Shown here piece by piece: positions 16,985 through 26,812 of a stretch of DNA of 64,000 nucleotides; positions within the stretch are counted from its first letter, which is position 1, and each line of letters opens with the position of its first letter. Made by a program: the position numbers and the translations under genes. The notes under the pieces are model-generated. The model did no database searches. It had not been told where the DNA came from and worked only from the letters and a program-made list of their open reading frames with translations. The DNA comes from Candidatus Eiseniibacteriota bacterium (lineage in GTDB: Bacteria > Eisenbacteria > RBG-16-71-46): the NCBI GenBank assembly GCA_038231135.1, contig JBBRLX010000006.1, positions 104,123-168,122 on the forward strand, written 5' to 3'.

Positions 16985-19252
16985 ATGCGAATGTTGCACG
17001 CGCGGTGCGGCGCGCGGACCCTGGTGCTGGCGGTCGCGCTCGCCGCCGCCGTTCCGGGATCCGCCGCGCTCGCCGCGGCGCCCCAGCCCGGGCCGCCGAT
17101 CACGATCCAGCGCATCCACGGACCGATCACCGTGGATGGCGACCTGTCCGAGCCCGCGTGGCAGGGCCTGCCCGCGATCACCCAGTGGTACGAGACGCGG
17201 GTCGGCGACAACGTCGAGCCGCAGGTGAAGAACGTCGCGTACCTCGCGTACGACGACAAGTACTTCTACGCCGGGTTCGTGTTCGACGATCCCGCCCCGG
17301 CCGCGATCCGCGCGCCGATCGGCGATCACGACGTCGTGCCGTCGTCGACCGACTACGCCGGCGTGATCATCGACAGCCGGAACGACGGCAAGACCGCGCA
17401 GATGTTCCTCGCGAACCCCCACGGTGTTCAGTACGACGCGATCAGCAGCGACGTCTCGGGCGAGGACAACTCGCCGGACTTCTTCTGGGACGCGGCCGGC
17501 AAGGTCACGGCGACCGGCTGGTCGCTCGAGATCCGGATTCCGTTCTCGTCGCTGCGTTATGGCGACGTCGCGCAGCCCACGTGGGGCATCCTGCTCTATC
17601 GCAATTATCCGCGTGACCGCCGCTATCAGTTCTTCAACGCCCGGCTGCCCCGCGATGTGAACTGCTTCATATGCAACTCGAGCAAGCTGAACGGCCTCGC
17701 GAACCTGCCGCACGGCGAGCATCTGGTCGTGGCGCCGTTCGCGACCGCGGCGCGCAACAGCGCGCCCGGCGGGGACCTCGGCAGTCCGCTCGAGGACGAG
17801 AACATCAGGACGGACGCGGGCGTGGACGTGAAATGGAATCCGCTGGCGAACACCGCGATCGACGCCACGATCAATCCCGACTTCTCGCAGGTCGAATCGG
17901 ACGCCGCTCAGATCACCGCGAACGAGCGGTTTGCGCTGTTCTTCTCGGAGAAGCGGCCGTTCTTCCTCGAAGGGGTGGATCTGCTCGCGACGCCGATGCA
18001 GGCGGTGTACACGCGCACGATCACGTCGCCCCACGCCGGCCTGCGCGCCACGGGCAAGTTCGGTTCGACCGCGTACACCGCGCTCGTCACCGAGGACCGC
18101 GGCGGCGGCCTCGTGATCCTGCCCGGACCCGAGGGGTCGGACTTCGCGCTCCAGGACTTCAAGTCGCGCGTCGGGGTGGCGCGGGTCCGGCAGGACTACG
18201 GCAACTCGTTCGGCAGCTTCCTCGTGACCGGGCGCGACATCGACGGCGGCGGGCACAACGTGGTGTTCGGACCCGACGGCCAGTGGCGCCCGCGGCCGTC
18301 CGATTCGTTTACCGGCCAGGCGCTGTGGAGCGACAGCCGCACCCCCAACCGGCCCGATCTCGCGGCCGAGTGGGACCGCCGGCAACTGCAGGATCACGCG
18401 GTCACGCTGCAGTGGTCGCACAGCACGCCCCATCCCGACTGGTTCTTCCAGTTGCAGGACATCGGCAGGAATTTCCGCGCCGACGAGGGGTTCATGCCGA
18501 ACGTCGGCTATCGCGAGGCGTTCCTCGACGGCGGCTATACGATCCGCCCCAAGGACCAGTTCCTGTCGCGAGTCCGCGTGTTCACGACGGACTACTTCGA
18601 CGGCGACGCGAACGGCGGGCTGCTCAACCGCCGGATTGCGGTGGGCTTTGGCGCGGACGGCAAGCTGAACAGCTTCGTCCGGCTCGAGCTCAATCGCGAC
18701 GACATTCGCGTGGGGAACCAGGTGCTCGACCGGTTCCGGCCGCGGCTCTACATGGAATCGAGCCCTGGCCGCATCCTCAACTTCCTGTCGCTCGACACCT
18801 ATGCAGGACAGGAGATCGACTTCGCGAACGGCCGCAAGGCGCGCGGCCTGACGCTGATCGGCAGCCTGTCGCTGCGGCCCGGCGACCACCTGGAGCTGCG
18901 CGGCGACGCCAGCCGCCGGTTCGTGAACGTGAACGCGAACGGCGTGTCCGGCCGGCTGTTCACCGCCGAGGTCGAGCGCGTGCGCGCGACATGGTCGCTC
19001 AATTCACGGTCATTCGTGAGATTGATCGGCCAGTACGTCCAGACGCGCCGCGACACCGCGCTCTACACGGTCACGACCGGAGCGAAGGACGCCGACCTCA
19101 GCGCGTCCGGGCTGTTCGCATTCAAGCTCGACTGGCAGACGGTGTTCTACGTGGGGTACGGCGACAACCACACGTTCCTCGAGACGACGGACCGCCTCGA
19201 GCCATCGGCGCGGCAGTGGTTCACGAAGGTGTCGTACGCGTGGCAGCAATGA
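16985..19252 (+). CDS. CBM9-like/DUF5916 outer-membrane protein (start uncertain, 16841-16991)
   Basis: Signal peptide; ITVDGDLSEPAW, GWSLEIRIPFSSLRY, DATINPDFSQVESD, FFSEKRPFFLEG; C-terminal KVSYAW. Confidence 0.85.
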   Translation: MRMLHARCGARTLVLAVALAAAVPGSAALAAAPQPGPPITIQRIHGPITVDGDLSEPAWQGLPAITQWYETRVGDNVEPQVKNVAYLAYDDKYFYAGFVFDDPAPAAIRAPIGDHDVVPSSTDYAGVIIDSRNDGKTAQMFLANPHGVQYDAISSDVSGEDNSPDFFWDAAGKVTATGWSLEIRIPFSSLRYGDVAQPTWGILLYRNYPRDRRYQFFNARLPRDVNCFICNSSKLNGLANLPHGEHLVVAPFATAARNSAPGGDLGSPLEDENIRTDAGVDVKWNPLANTAIDATINPDFSQVESDAAQITANERFALFFSEKRPFFLEGVDLLATPMQAVYTRTITSPHAGLRATGKFGSTAYTALVTEDRGGGLVILPGPEGSDFALQDFKSRVGVARVRQDYGNSFGSFLVTGRDIDGGGHNVVFGPDGQWRPRPSDSFTGQALWSDSRTPNRPDLAAEWDRRQLQDHAVTLQWSHSTPHPDWFFQLQDIGRNFRADEGFMPNVGYREAFLDGGYTIRPKDQFLSRVRVFTTDYFDGDANGGLLNRRIAVGFGADGKLNSFVRLELNRDDIRVGNQVLDRFRPRLYMESSPGRILNFLSLDTYAGQEIDFANGRKARGLTLIGSLSLRPGDHLELRGDASRRFVNVNANGVSGRLFTAEVERVRATWSLNSRSFVRLIGQYVQTRRDTALYTVTTGAKDADLSASGLFAFKLDWQTVFYVGYGDNHTFLETTDRLEPSARQWFTKVSYAWQQ

Positions 19253-19289
19253 CGCGACGGCGCCGGCGCGCGCCGAATTCGGACGCGGC

Positions 19290-19961
19290 CTACTTCCGCC
19301 GCTCCCAGCGGCGGGTCAATTCGCGCATCAGCGAATCCCGCGCACGGTCCGGTGTGACGAGCGTCATGCCGTCGTATTTGAAATCGTGCACGGCGCGATA
19401 GCCCCCGCTGGAATCGCGCGCGACGACGGCCATGAACGGGTTGACCGCACGATAGTGCGGTTCCACGTGACTCCAGCCCCGCGGCATCACGGTTCCCGGA
19501 TACGGGACCAGGTTCACCATCGTGACGCGGCTCTCCTCGTCGCTCGAGATCCTGACGTGGATGTGCGGCGGTCCCTCGGCGACTCCGGGCAGCACGGAGT
19601 GGATGAAGAATTCGCCGCGCGCGCTGGTGCGCAGCACGCCCGCCAGGCGGGGGATGTCCGCGGGATCACCGGGGCGCGCGTAGTTGCCCTGAGCGTCGGC
19701 GTGATAGACGTACATCCTCGCGTGACCCAGCGGCGTCCGTCCATCCACGTCGTAGACCCGTCCCGAGAGCACGAATCGCGGGCCCGGCTCGCCGGGTGCC
19801 AGGTCCACGCGGTCGCCGGTGGGCTCGCGGTTCCACGGCAGAACGTAGCCGGTAGACCCGGGTGCCCGTTTCCACGGCGGCACGTAGGGCGCGGGCTTCA
19901 GCGACATGATCGCGACGGCGAGCCCCAACCATGCGAACGTACGGATCCAGTGACGCGTCAC
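19290..19961 (-). CDS. Exported intradiol ring-cleavage dioxygenase-like protein
   Basis: GGAGG-GTG; EPGPRFVLSGRVYD..G.TP, VYHADAQGNY, RTSARGEF...PG, PPHIHV. Confidence 0.7.
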   Translation of the reverse strand: MTRHWIRTFAWLGLAVAIMSLKPAPYVPPWKRAPGSTGYVLPWNREPTGDRVDLAPGEPGPRFVLSGRVYDVDGRTPLGHARMYVYHADAQGNYARPGDPADIPRLAGVLRTSARGEFFIHSVLPGVAEGPPHIHVRISSDEESRVTMVNLVPYPGTVMPRGWSHVEPHYRAVNPFMAVVARDSSGGYRAVHDFKYDGMTLVTPDRARDSLMRELTRRWERRK

Positions 19962-19989
19962 GGCGGCCTCCCGGACTCGAGAGTGGGGC

Positions 19990-20376
19990 TCAGTAGCTCG
20001 GATAGCTCTTCTCCTCCAGGAGCTCCGAGCCGAGTACGACGTTCAGTTCGCGCTTGATCGCGGCGCGGCGGTCGTTCGTGCGGTAGACCGAGCGCGCCAG
20101 CTCGATGAACTCGGCGTCGAACGCCTGGGCCGCTTCCTTGAGGCGGATGCGGTCCTCGATGTCCCACAGCGCCTCGTTCACCACCCGGAGCTGCGCGGTC
20201 AGCGCGCTCACGTCGCGGCCCGCCAGCGGCGACGCGCTCCACGTGGCACGCAACAACTCCAGCTCGCGGCGCACGTTGGAGAGCCGGGATTCGGCGGTGA
20301 TGCGCTCGGACTTGATCTCGAGGATCGAGAGCTTGTCGAGGAATTCGCCGGGGGACGTCCGAACGCTGAGCAGCAT
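19990..20376 (-). CDS. Conserved helical protein (DUF6165-like)
   Basis: SPGEFLDKLSILEIKSERI...VNEALWDIEDRIR...FIELARSVYRTNDRRAAIKRELN...EEKSY. Confidence 0.8.
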   Translation of the reverse strand: MLLSVRTSPGEFLDKLSILEIKSERITAESRLSNVRRELELLRATWSASPLAGRDVSALTAQLRVVNEALWDIEDRIRLKEAAQAFDAEFIELARSVYRTNDRRAAIKRELNVVLGSELLEEKSYPSY

Positions 20377-20682
20377 TGTGGGAATCTCCGCGTGGACGAT
20401 GGTGGCGCTCCGCGGATGCGATCTGCGCCGGCGGGGCGCACGCCGTCCGGAGCCGGTCCACACCGCCACGGGTGACTCTACGCGGCGGTACGCGTGCGGC
20501 GCCAGCGCCCGGCCGGCCCGGCTCGCACGGCTCGCCCGGCTCGCAGCGGCGATCCCGGGTGGGTGGCGGGGTGCGCGCGGTGAAATACTCGGGGTACACT
20601 TGCCGGGAATCCCGGCCCGGGATCGATCGCGAAGTGAGTTCGTGCAGGACTTCCCATGGGGCGATGGCACTCTGCCACTCCG

Positions 20683-22668
20683 ATGACGAACGACGGCCGC
20701 CTGTCAGCACTCGAGAGTGAGATCCTGCGTTTGCGCGAGGACAACGCGCGCCTGGCGGCGCAGCTCGCCGCGGTCGCCGGTCCGGCCGCGGCTCAGGCGC
20801 CCCTGGACTTCCGCGTAATCGCCGATGCCATTCCGATTCCGGTGGTCATCAGCCGGCTCTCGGACGGCCAGCTGGTGCACACCAATACACTCATGACCCG
20901 GATGTTCGGGCTGTCGCGGGAGGAATTCCTCCGCCATCGGTCGGTGAATTTCTATGGGAATCCCGCCGACCGCCAGAGGTTTATCGAGGCGCTGACCAGC
21001 TCGCCGCTGCCGATTCACTTCGAGATCGAGGCGCCGCCGCTGCCCGGAATGCCGGCCTGGGTCGGCTTGACCGCGCAGCAGATCGTGTTCGATGGCGGGC
21101 CCGCCATCTTCGTGTGCATGATCGACATCACCACGCGCAAGCAGGCCGAGCAGGCACTGCGCGCGTCGGAGGAGCTGTATCACGCCCTGTTCGACTCCAG
21201 CCCGTTCCCGACGTTCATGGTGGACGTGCAGAGCTGGGCGTTCCTCGCGGTCAACGACGCCACCTGCCGCCACTACGGCTACGCGCGCGAGGAGCTGCTA
21301 CAGAAGACCATTCGCGACATCCGCGCTGCGGGCGACGAGGCCATCCTGCAGAGCCAGGTTGAGGCATCGCTGCGTGAGCAGGGCCCGATGACCCACAAGG
21401 CCCGGCATCTCCGCAAGGACGGCACCATCCTCCAGGTCGAAGTCACGGCGCGCCCGGTGATGTTCCGCGACCGGATGGTGTGGATCTCGACCATCCACGA
21501 TGTGACGGACCGCATGCTGCTCGAGAGCCAGCTTCAGCAGTCCCAGAAGCTCGAGAGCGTGGCGCGGCTGGCCGGCGGCATCGCGCACGACTTCAACAAC
21601 CTGCTCACCGCGATCCTGGGATACACGGAATTGCTGGAACATCGGTTCCGGTCCCAGCCGGACGCGGTCGCCGATCTGGGCGAGATCCGCACGGCCGGCA
21701 TGCACGCCCGGGAGCTGACGCAGCAGCTGCTCGCGTTCGCCAGGCGTCAGAGCGGTGATCCGCGCGTGATCGACCTCTCCCGGCTGCTGCTCGATCGTAT
21801 GTCGCTGCTGTGCCGGCTCGCCGGGGAGGGCATCGAGGTGACCGAGCAGCTGGCGCCCGATCTGTGGTCGATAACGGCCGATCCCGGGCAGTTCGAACAG
21901 GTGCTGATCAACCTGGTGCTGAACGCGCGGGACGCGATGGGTGGGCGCGGCACCCTGACGCTCGTCGCCACGAACCGGACGCTCGACGACCATCAAGCGT
22001 CGTTGCGACCGCGCCTCACTCCCGGGGACTACGTGCTGCTCGAGATCCGCGACACGGGCGGCGGCATGTCGCCCGAGGTGCTGTCGCACGTGTTCGAGCC
22101 GTTCTTCTCGACGAAGGCCGACGGCGCCGGCACCGGCCTCGGTCTCGCCGCGGTATACGGGATCATGACCCAGGGCGGTGGTGATGTCTGGGTGGGGAGC
22201 GAGGTCGGCGTCGGAACGAGCTTCACGCTGGCGTTCCCGCGCGCCCAGGGCCCGGTGGCCGACGTGCGGCCGGCGGCACCCGTGGAGTCCCCGCGCGGCA
22301 CCGAGACCATCCTGCTGGTCGAGGACAACGCGGCGCTGCGATCGCTCACGTCCCGCATGCTCGAGGAGGCGGGCTATCGCGTCACGACGGCCGAAAGCGG
22401 GCCCGATGCGATCGAGTTGGCCGCGCGGGCGTCCGGGCGGTTCCGGCTGCTGATCACGGACGTGGTCATGCCGCACATGAGCGGCAAGGCGCTGGCCGAA
22501 CGCCTCACGGCGGAGGATCCCCACCTGTGTGTGCTGTTCGTGTCGGGGTTCTCGCTCGACATACTCGGCCGACACGGCGTCACCGGCGGATCCGGGCAGT
22601 TCCTCGCCAAACCGTTCACGGAGACGATGCTGCTGAGCAAGGTGCGGGAATTGCTCGACGTGAACTGA
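20683..22668 (+). CDS. Hybrid sensor histidine kinase (PAS-PAS-HisKA-HATPase-REC), CckA-like
   Basis: QKLESVARLAGGIAHDFNNLLT; NLVLNARDAM; FEPFFSTK..GTGLGL; LLVEDN..ITDVVMP. Confidence 0.95.
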   Translation: MTNDGRLSALESEILRLREDNARLAAQLAAVAGPAAAQAPLDFRVIADAIPIPVVISRLSDGQLVHTNTLMTRMFGLSREEFLRHRSVNFYGNPADRQRFIEALTSSPLPIHFEIEAPPLPGMPAWVGLTAQQIVFDGGPAIFVCMIDITTRKQAEQALRASEELYHALFDSSPFPTFMVDVQSWAFLAVNDATCRHYGYAREELLQKTIRDIRAAGDEAILQSQVEASLREQGPMTHKARHLRKDGTILQVEVTARPVMFRDRMVWISTIHDVTDRMLLESQLQQSQKLESVARLAGGIAHDFNNLLTAILGYTELLEHRFRSQPDAVADLGEIRTAGMHARELTQQLLAFARRQSGDPRVIDLSRLLLDRMSLLCRLAGEGIEVTEQLAPDLWSITADPGQFEQVLINLVLNARDAMGGRGTLTLVATNRTLDDHQASLRPRLTPGDYVLLEIRDTGGGMSPEVLSHVFEPFFSTKADGAGTGLGLAAVYGIMTQGGGDVWVGSEVGVGTSFTLAFPRAQGPVADVRPAAPVESPRGTETILLVEDNAALRSLTSRMLEEAGYRVTTAESGPDAIELAARASGRFRLLITDVVMPHMSGKALAERLTAEDPHLCVLFVSGFSLDILGRHGVTGGSGQFLAKPFTETMLLSKVRELLDVN

Positions 22669-22687
22669 GACGCACTCGGGGTTTCCG

Positions 22688-23434
22688 CTAGCGCGGCCCG
22701 CCGTAATGCCGGATCGCTTCCTCCGCGTGCGGACGGCCGCTCGCACGCAGGATGCGAACGTATTCGTTCACGTCGTACGGCACCCGGCGAAAGTCGAGGC
22801 TCACCCGCGCGCCCTCGACCTCCAGCACGGCGTACTCGGCCCAGGGATCGATGCGGAGCTCACCCGGCGATGCGTCGTGCCGGTAGGCGATGCCGATGCT
22901 GCCGGGGTTGAAATGCGTCGAGTCCCCGAAGCGCCGCGCGAACTGCAGATGCACGTGGCCGCCGGCCATGAAGTCGGCCGCGCACGGGGCGAACGCTCGC
23001 TCGAACGCCTCACGCGGGGTGTCGGGCAGCAGGATCTCGTCGAACGATGCGGGTGAGCCGTGGTAGCCGACGAACGAGCGGCCGCCGCAGTCGAGCGCCA
23101 CCATGGGCACGAACCCTGAGATGAATTCGCGATCGGCCGCGGTCAGCCGGGACAGCGACCACACGCGCACGTCCTCGAGGATCGCGCGCTGCTGCGGCGT
23201 CCTGGGCTCGGCACCGGTGTCGATTCCCGAGAACAGCCATGCGTCCGCATTGCCCATCACCACGGGGCACGCGAGCGACCGCAGCCGCTCGACGACTTCG
23301 GCGGGCTGGGCACCGCTCTGGACGGTGTCGCCGAGGCAGACCACCCGGTCGGCGGGCCGGCGCCCGAGGTCGGCGAGCACGGCGTCCAGAGCGGTGGCGT
23401 TGCCATGAATGTCGGACAGGACCGCGAGGCGCAT
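22688..23434 (-). CDS. Metallophosphoesterase (YfcE/MJ0936-like)
   Basis: MRLAVLSDIHGN, CLGD, GNAD, HGSP, GHVH, NPGSIG. Confidence 0.9.
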   Translation of the reverse strand: MRLAVLSDIHGNATALDAVLADLGRRPADRVVCLGDTVQSGAQPAEVVERLRSLACPVVMGNADAWLFSGIDTGAEPRTPQQRAILEDVRVWSLSRLTAADREFISGFVPMVALDCGGRSFVGYHGSPASFDEILLPDTPREAFERAFAPCAADFMAGGHVHLQFARRFGDSTHFNPGSIGIAYRHDASPGELRIDPWAEYAVLEVEGARVSLDFRRVPYDVNEYVRILRASGRPHAEEAIRHYGGPR

Positions 23435-23460
23435 CGGGTGTCGTTGAGTCCTTGAGGGGA

Positions 23461-24285
23461 TCAGTTCTTGAAGAGCAGCGGATTGCGGGCCAGGAACACT
23501 CCGGCCTGGAGCCGGTCCGCGAGCCCGAGCTTCGCCAGCACGTGCCCGACGTGCTTCTTCACCGTGGGTTCGCTGATCTCGAGCGAACTCGAGATCTCCT
23601 TGTTGGACTGACCCTCCGCGATCAACGCCGCCACCTGCAGCTCGCGGTCGGAGAACAACGGCCGGCGCCCGCCTGGCTGACCGCTGTCGCGGCCCGTCGC
23701 GGACAGCATGCCCGAGGCGGTCGTCGGGTCGTACCACGCCTGTCCGCCCGCCACGGCGCGAACGGCGCGGAACAGATCCTCGGGGTCGGCGCTGCGTCGC
23801 AGCGTCGCCATGGCGCCCTGACTCGCCGCGAGCTGCAGACAATCGATGCCGACCGGGCAGGTGCCGAGCGGGATCCCGGTCAGCCACTGGCGTGACGGCG
23901 GGTTGAGCACCACGCAGTTGTCGGCCCCGCGCTCCGACAATGCCAGGATGCGCAGCGCGGGCAACTGCGACCGGATGCCGGGAATCGCGGCCTGTCGGTC
24001 CTGGCCGGGCAGGTTGAGCGCGAGGATCAGCACGTCGGGCGCGAGCGCTCGGCACTGCTGGATGGTCTCCTCGACCGTGGCCGATTCTCCGACGATCTCG
24101 AATTCCACCTCGGACGCGAGCAGAACGATGAGTCCGCCCCGGTCGATCGCCTGGTTGTCTGCCACGACGATGCGAATCCGGCCCGGCGTGTCGGGGCCAG
24201 CGGAGCGTCGCGATTTCCGCGACGGGATGGCGCGCCTGCCCGCGGGCCGCCGACTTGCGGCCGCCGCCCGACCTCGTGGTGGCAT
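23461..24285 (-). CDS. NarL/FixJ-family regulator with a degenerate receiver domain and a Cys-containing insertion
   Basis: IRIVVADNQAIDRGGL..PDVLILALNLPG; LuxR HTH FSDRELQV..GQSNKEISSSLEISEPTVKKHV..KLG. Confidence 0.9.
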   Translation of the reverse strand: MPPRGRAAAASRRPAGRRAIPSRKSRRSAGPDTPGRIRIVVADNQAIDRGGLIVLLASEVEFEIVGESATVEETIQQCRALAPDVLILALNLPGQDRQAAIPGIRSQLPALRILALSERGADNCVVLNPPSRQWLTGIPLGTCPVGIDCLQLAASQGAMATLRRSADPEDLFRAVRAVAGGQAWYDPTTASGMLSATGRDSGQPGGRRPLFSDRELQVAALIAEGQSNKEISSSLEISEPTVKKHVGHVLAKLGLADRLQAGVFLARNPLLFKN

Positions 24286-24440
24286 TCCGAACACACTCCA
24301 GTTCCTGGTAGGTGCACGTCGAACATCGGACGGTACCCATGATACCAGAGGACCACGAGCGCGGCTCCCGAAGGCCCGTTGTGGCGGGCGCACGATAACG
24401 TCGAATCTGGATGCAGTCGCAGGCAACGAAGGAGGCGCTG

Positions 24441-24944
24441 GTGAAGGTCCTGATCGCAGTCGACGAATCGATCCATTCGGAGCGCGCCGTCCGGTTCGTG
24501 GCCGGCATGCACTGGCCAGGCGGCAGCCGCGTGATCGTGGCCACCGTGATGCCCGCCGTCCCGCCGCCCGCGATGGCTCCGTCCGATCTCGCGGAGGCCA
24601 GGCAGGGGAGTGTTATCGCCGAGTGCCGGCGCGGCTGTGACACCGTGATCGCACGCTCTCAGAGTCGACTACGCGAGGCCGGGCTCTCGACCGAGGGACG
24701 CATTCTCGAGGGCGACGCTCGCGAGCAACTGGTCGCCCTCGTTCTGGCCGAGCGGGTGGACCTGCTCGTGCTGGGTTCCCGGGGGCGGAGCGGTGTCGCA
24801 CGTCTGTTGCTCGGCAGCGTCTCGGCCCACGCCGTAACCCACGCTCCCTGCTCGGTCCTCGTGGTGAAGGAACGGCACGCCCGCGCGGCGTCCGCTCGCC
24901 GGGCGCCCCGGCGCGCCACGAGTGCACGCCGGCACCCTGCCTGA
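24441..24944 (+). CDS. Universal stress protein
   Basis: KVLIAVDES; DLLVLGSRGRSG...[20 protein letters not shown]. Confidence 0.95.
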   Translation: MKVLIAVDESIHSERAVRFVAGMHWPGGSRVIVATVMPAVPPPAMAPSDLAEARQGSVIAECRRGCDTVIARSQSRLREAGLSTEGRILEGDAREQLVALVLAERVDLLVLGSRGRSGVARLLLGSVSAHAVTHAPCSVLVVKERHARAASARRAPRRATSARRHPA

Positions 24945-24950
24945 ATCCAG

Positions 24951-25010
24951 CATCCGTTGGGACCGCACCACCCCATCCGTTGGTCCCGTTGCGGGCGGTC
25001 CGTTCTCACC
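24951..25010. promoter_or_regulatory. Three phased direct repeats (core TCCGTT, 23-bp period)
   Basis: TCCGTT at 24953, 24976 and 24999; a related CATCCATTTGGACC is at 29016. Confidence 0.45.
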
Positions 25011-25109
25011 GGCGGGATGGCTCCCAGCGTCCACTGGCATGCCCGGCCGCCCAGGCGGATGCTGACCCATAGAGGAGCAACTCGACAGCAGGCACGATAG
25101 GAGGAGGTC

Positions 25110-25550
25110 ATGAAGATCCTGATCGGCGTCGATGATTCGCCACATTCGAAGGCGGCGGTGGATTTCGTCCGGAAAATGACATGGCCGAGTGACACGAAAG
25201 TGGTGGTGTTGTCGGTGGCTCAGCCGGTGGTGCTGGCATACTCCGAAGTCTTCGTGCCCGCGGAGTCCCCGGTGGAGCTCATGAAGGGCATTACGGACAT
25301 GCATCAGGAGACGGCGTCGAGCGCCGAGCGCATTCTGCACGGCGCCGGACTGACCACGGAAGCGAAGGTGCTCCAGGGGGATCCGCGCACGACCCTCGTC
25401 GATGTGGCGTGCGCCGAGCGCGCAGACCTCGTCGTCGTCGGTTCCCACGGCCGCACCGGCCTCGCGAAGCTCATCATGGGCAGCGTGGCCAGTCACGTCG
25501 TGACCAATGCTCCGTGCAGTGTCATGGTGGTGAAGCTCGAGAAGCGGTGA
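25110..25550 (+). CDS. Universal stress protein
   Basis: [35 protein letters not shown]. Confidence 0.95.
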   Translation: MKILIGVDDSPHSKAAVDFVRKMTWPSDTKVVVLSVAQPVVLAYSEVFVPAESPVELMKGITDMHQETASSAERILHGAGLTTEAKVLQGDPRTTLVDVACAERADLVVVGSHGRTGLAKLIMGSVASHVVTNAPCSVMVVKLEKR

Positions 25551-25624
25551 GCCCGGTGCGAAACCGCGAGCTCGGACGGCCCTGACGTGCCGCGGTACGG
25601 GGCCATCTTCCAGTGGGAGTGCAG

Positions 25625-26746
25625 ATGAACCACGCGAACACAGTGCTCGAGAAGGGTGGCGCGCAGCCGAGCGCGCCCAGGGTTCACCGTTCGAAGACGA
25701 TGCGCGCCGCCGTGTTCGTGGAGCCGGGCCGGATCGAGCTTCAGGAGCGGCCGGTTCCGAACGTCGGCGCCACGGATGCGCTGGTGCGGGTGACGACGAC
25801 CACGATCTGCGGCACCGACGTTCACATTCTCAAGGGTGAATACCCCGTGGAGCGCGGGAGGATCATCGGCCACGAGCCGGTCGGAGTGATCGAGGAACTG
25901 GGGTCCGCGGTCACGGGCTACACGATTGGCCAGCGGGTGATCACCGGCGCCATCACGCCGTGCGGCCAGTGCCACTCGTGTCTCGACGGCCATGCGTCCC
26001 AGTGCGGCGGGAAGGCGATGGGCGGATGGCGGCTCGGCAACACGATCGACGGATGCCAGGCGGACTTCGTCCTGGTGCCGAACGCGATGGCGAACCTGGC
26101 TCCGATCCCCGACGGTCTCACCGACGAGCAGGTGCTCATGTGTCCCGATATCATGAGCACGGGATTCAGCGGCGCCGAGAGCGGCAGGATTCGCATCGGC
26201 GACATCGTGGCGGTGTTCGCGCAGGGTCCGATCGGTCTGTGCGCCACGGTGGGAGCCAGGCTGCGGGGCGCTTCGCTCATCATCGCGGTCGATTCCGTTC
26301 CCGAGCGTCTGGCCCGGGCACGGCAGATGGGAGCGGACGTGGTCGTCGACTACAAGCAGCAGGACGCGGTCGCCGAGATCCTGGCACTCACCGGCGGCCG
26401 TGGGGTCGACGTCGCGATCGAGGCGCTCGGCACGCAGGCGACATTCGAGAGCTGCCTGCGAGTGCTCCGTCCCGGCGGCGTGCTGTCGAGCCTCGGTGTC
26501 TACTCCGGCAAGGTGGAGATGCCGCTCGACGCGTTCGCGGCCGGGCTCGGCGACCACCGGATCGTGACGACGCTGTGCCCCGGCGGCAAGGAGCGCATGC
26601 GACGGCTGATGAACATCGTCGCCGCGGACCGCGCGGACATGAAGTCGCTCGTCACGCACCGGTTCAAGCTGGATGACATCGGCGCCGCCTACGATCTGTT
26701 CGCGGCGCAACGCGACGGTGTCGTCAAAGTCGCGATCACGACCTGA
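25625..26746 (+). CDS. Zn-dependent alcohol dehydrogenase (MDR family)
   Basis: ICGTDVH, GHEPVG, structural Zn site CGQCHSC..C, QGPIG. Confidence 0.95.
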   Translation: MNHANTVLEKGGAQPSAPRVHRSKTMRAAVFVEPGRIELQERPVPNVGATDALVRVTTTTICGTDVHILKGEYPVERGRIIGHEPVGVIEELGSAVTGYTIGQRVITGAITPCGQCHSCLDGHASQCGGKAMGGWRLGNTIDGCQADFVLVPNAMANLAPIPDGLTDEQVLMCPDIMSTGFSGAESGRIRIGDIVAVFAQGPIGLCATVGARLRGASLIIAVDSVPERLARARQMGADVVVDYKQQDAVAEILALTGGRGVDVAIEALGTQATFESCLRVLRPGGVLSSLGVYSGKVEMPLDAFAAGLGDHRIVTTLCPGGKERMRRLMNIVAADRADMKSLVTHRFKLDDIGAAYDLFAAQRDGVVKVAITT

Positions 26747-26812
26747 TCGTTCCGGATGCCGGAGGCTCCTGGCCTCCGGCGCATGTTCCAACCCATCGCG
26801 GAGGTGCGCACG

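Noticed and set aside
17660..17680. CFIC motif in the DUF5916 protein as a heme site
   Set aside because: Followed by Asn, not His
20519..20545. 9-bp triple repeat CGGCTCGC(A/C)
   Set aside because: Short GC-rich microsatellite-like repeat with no supporting context
22688..24643. 651-aa ORF suggesting a fusion ahead of the phosphoesterase
   Set aside because: The upstream part is an off-frame read of the regulator gene; the real start is 23434
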